A stretch of DNA of 62,525 nucleotides, counting the filler, from Choristocarpus tenellus KU-1152 (taxonomy: Eukaryota; Protista; Phaeophyceae): NCBI GenBank assembly GCA_964200185.2. It is 9 parts of 9 records of this genome, joined end to end, with 100 filler letters (N's around TTAATTAATTAA, not from the genome) between each part and the next. Parts side by side here need not be neighbours in the genome. Positions count along the whole stretch, not along the records: positions 59,828 to 62,525 come from CAXNAD020025548.1; 8 more parts are not named here. The stretch is one strand, 5' to 3'. Below are positions 62,491-62,525 of the stretch, piece by piece; the stretch's first letter is position 1; each line of letters begins with the position of its first letter. Both the position numbers and the translations under genes were made by a program. A model generated the notes under the pieces. It had not been told where the DNA came from and made no database searches. It saw only the letters and a program-made list of their open reading frames with translations.

Positions 62491-62525
62491 GACCACCGAG
62501 GCTGCTGCAACTGGTTCCCCAAACA

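Overview
This window is not contiguous DNA. It is nine eukaryotic contigs joined by artificial N44-TTAATTAATTAA-N44 linkers (1-16860, 16961-19606, 19707-22310, 22411-42716, 42817-47278, 47379-51073, 51174-55688, 55789-59727, 59828-62525), so adjacency across linkers means nothing. An EsV-1-7-repeat gene, PPR genes and intron-rich gene structure point to a brown alga or close stramenopile relative (inference). Supported genes: a 15-exon internal part of a very large conserved protein whose introns are packed with tandem repeats (one GC-AG intron), a 3-exon fragment of an EsV-1-7 repeat gene, and the start of a spliced PPR gene head-to-head with a PPR pseudogene. Most of the rest is transposon debris. 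This includes two related MITE families with a shared TIR core and mixed 3/4-bp TSDs (one copy nested in another), the 3' half of a tyrosine-recombinase retroelement with split direct repeats, and Gypsy, Copia, piggyBac-like and LINE-like remnants. The most unusual items are a 240-bp Rickettsiaceae-like lolD fragment embedded in eukaryotic repeat DNA and the paired MITE system. Protein family calls come from recognised motifs, not database searches. I found no CRISPR array, rRNA or complete tRNA, and no clear new multi-gene system.
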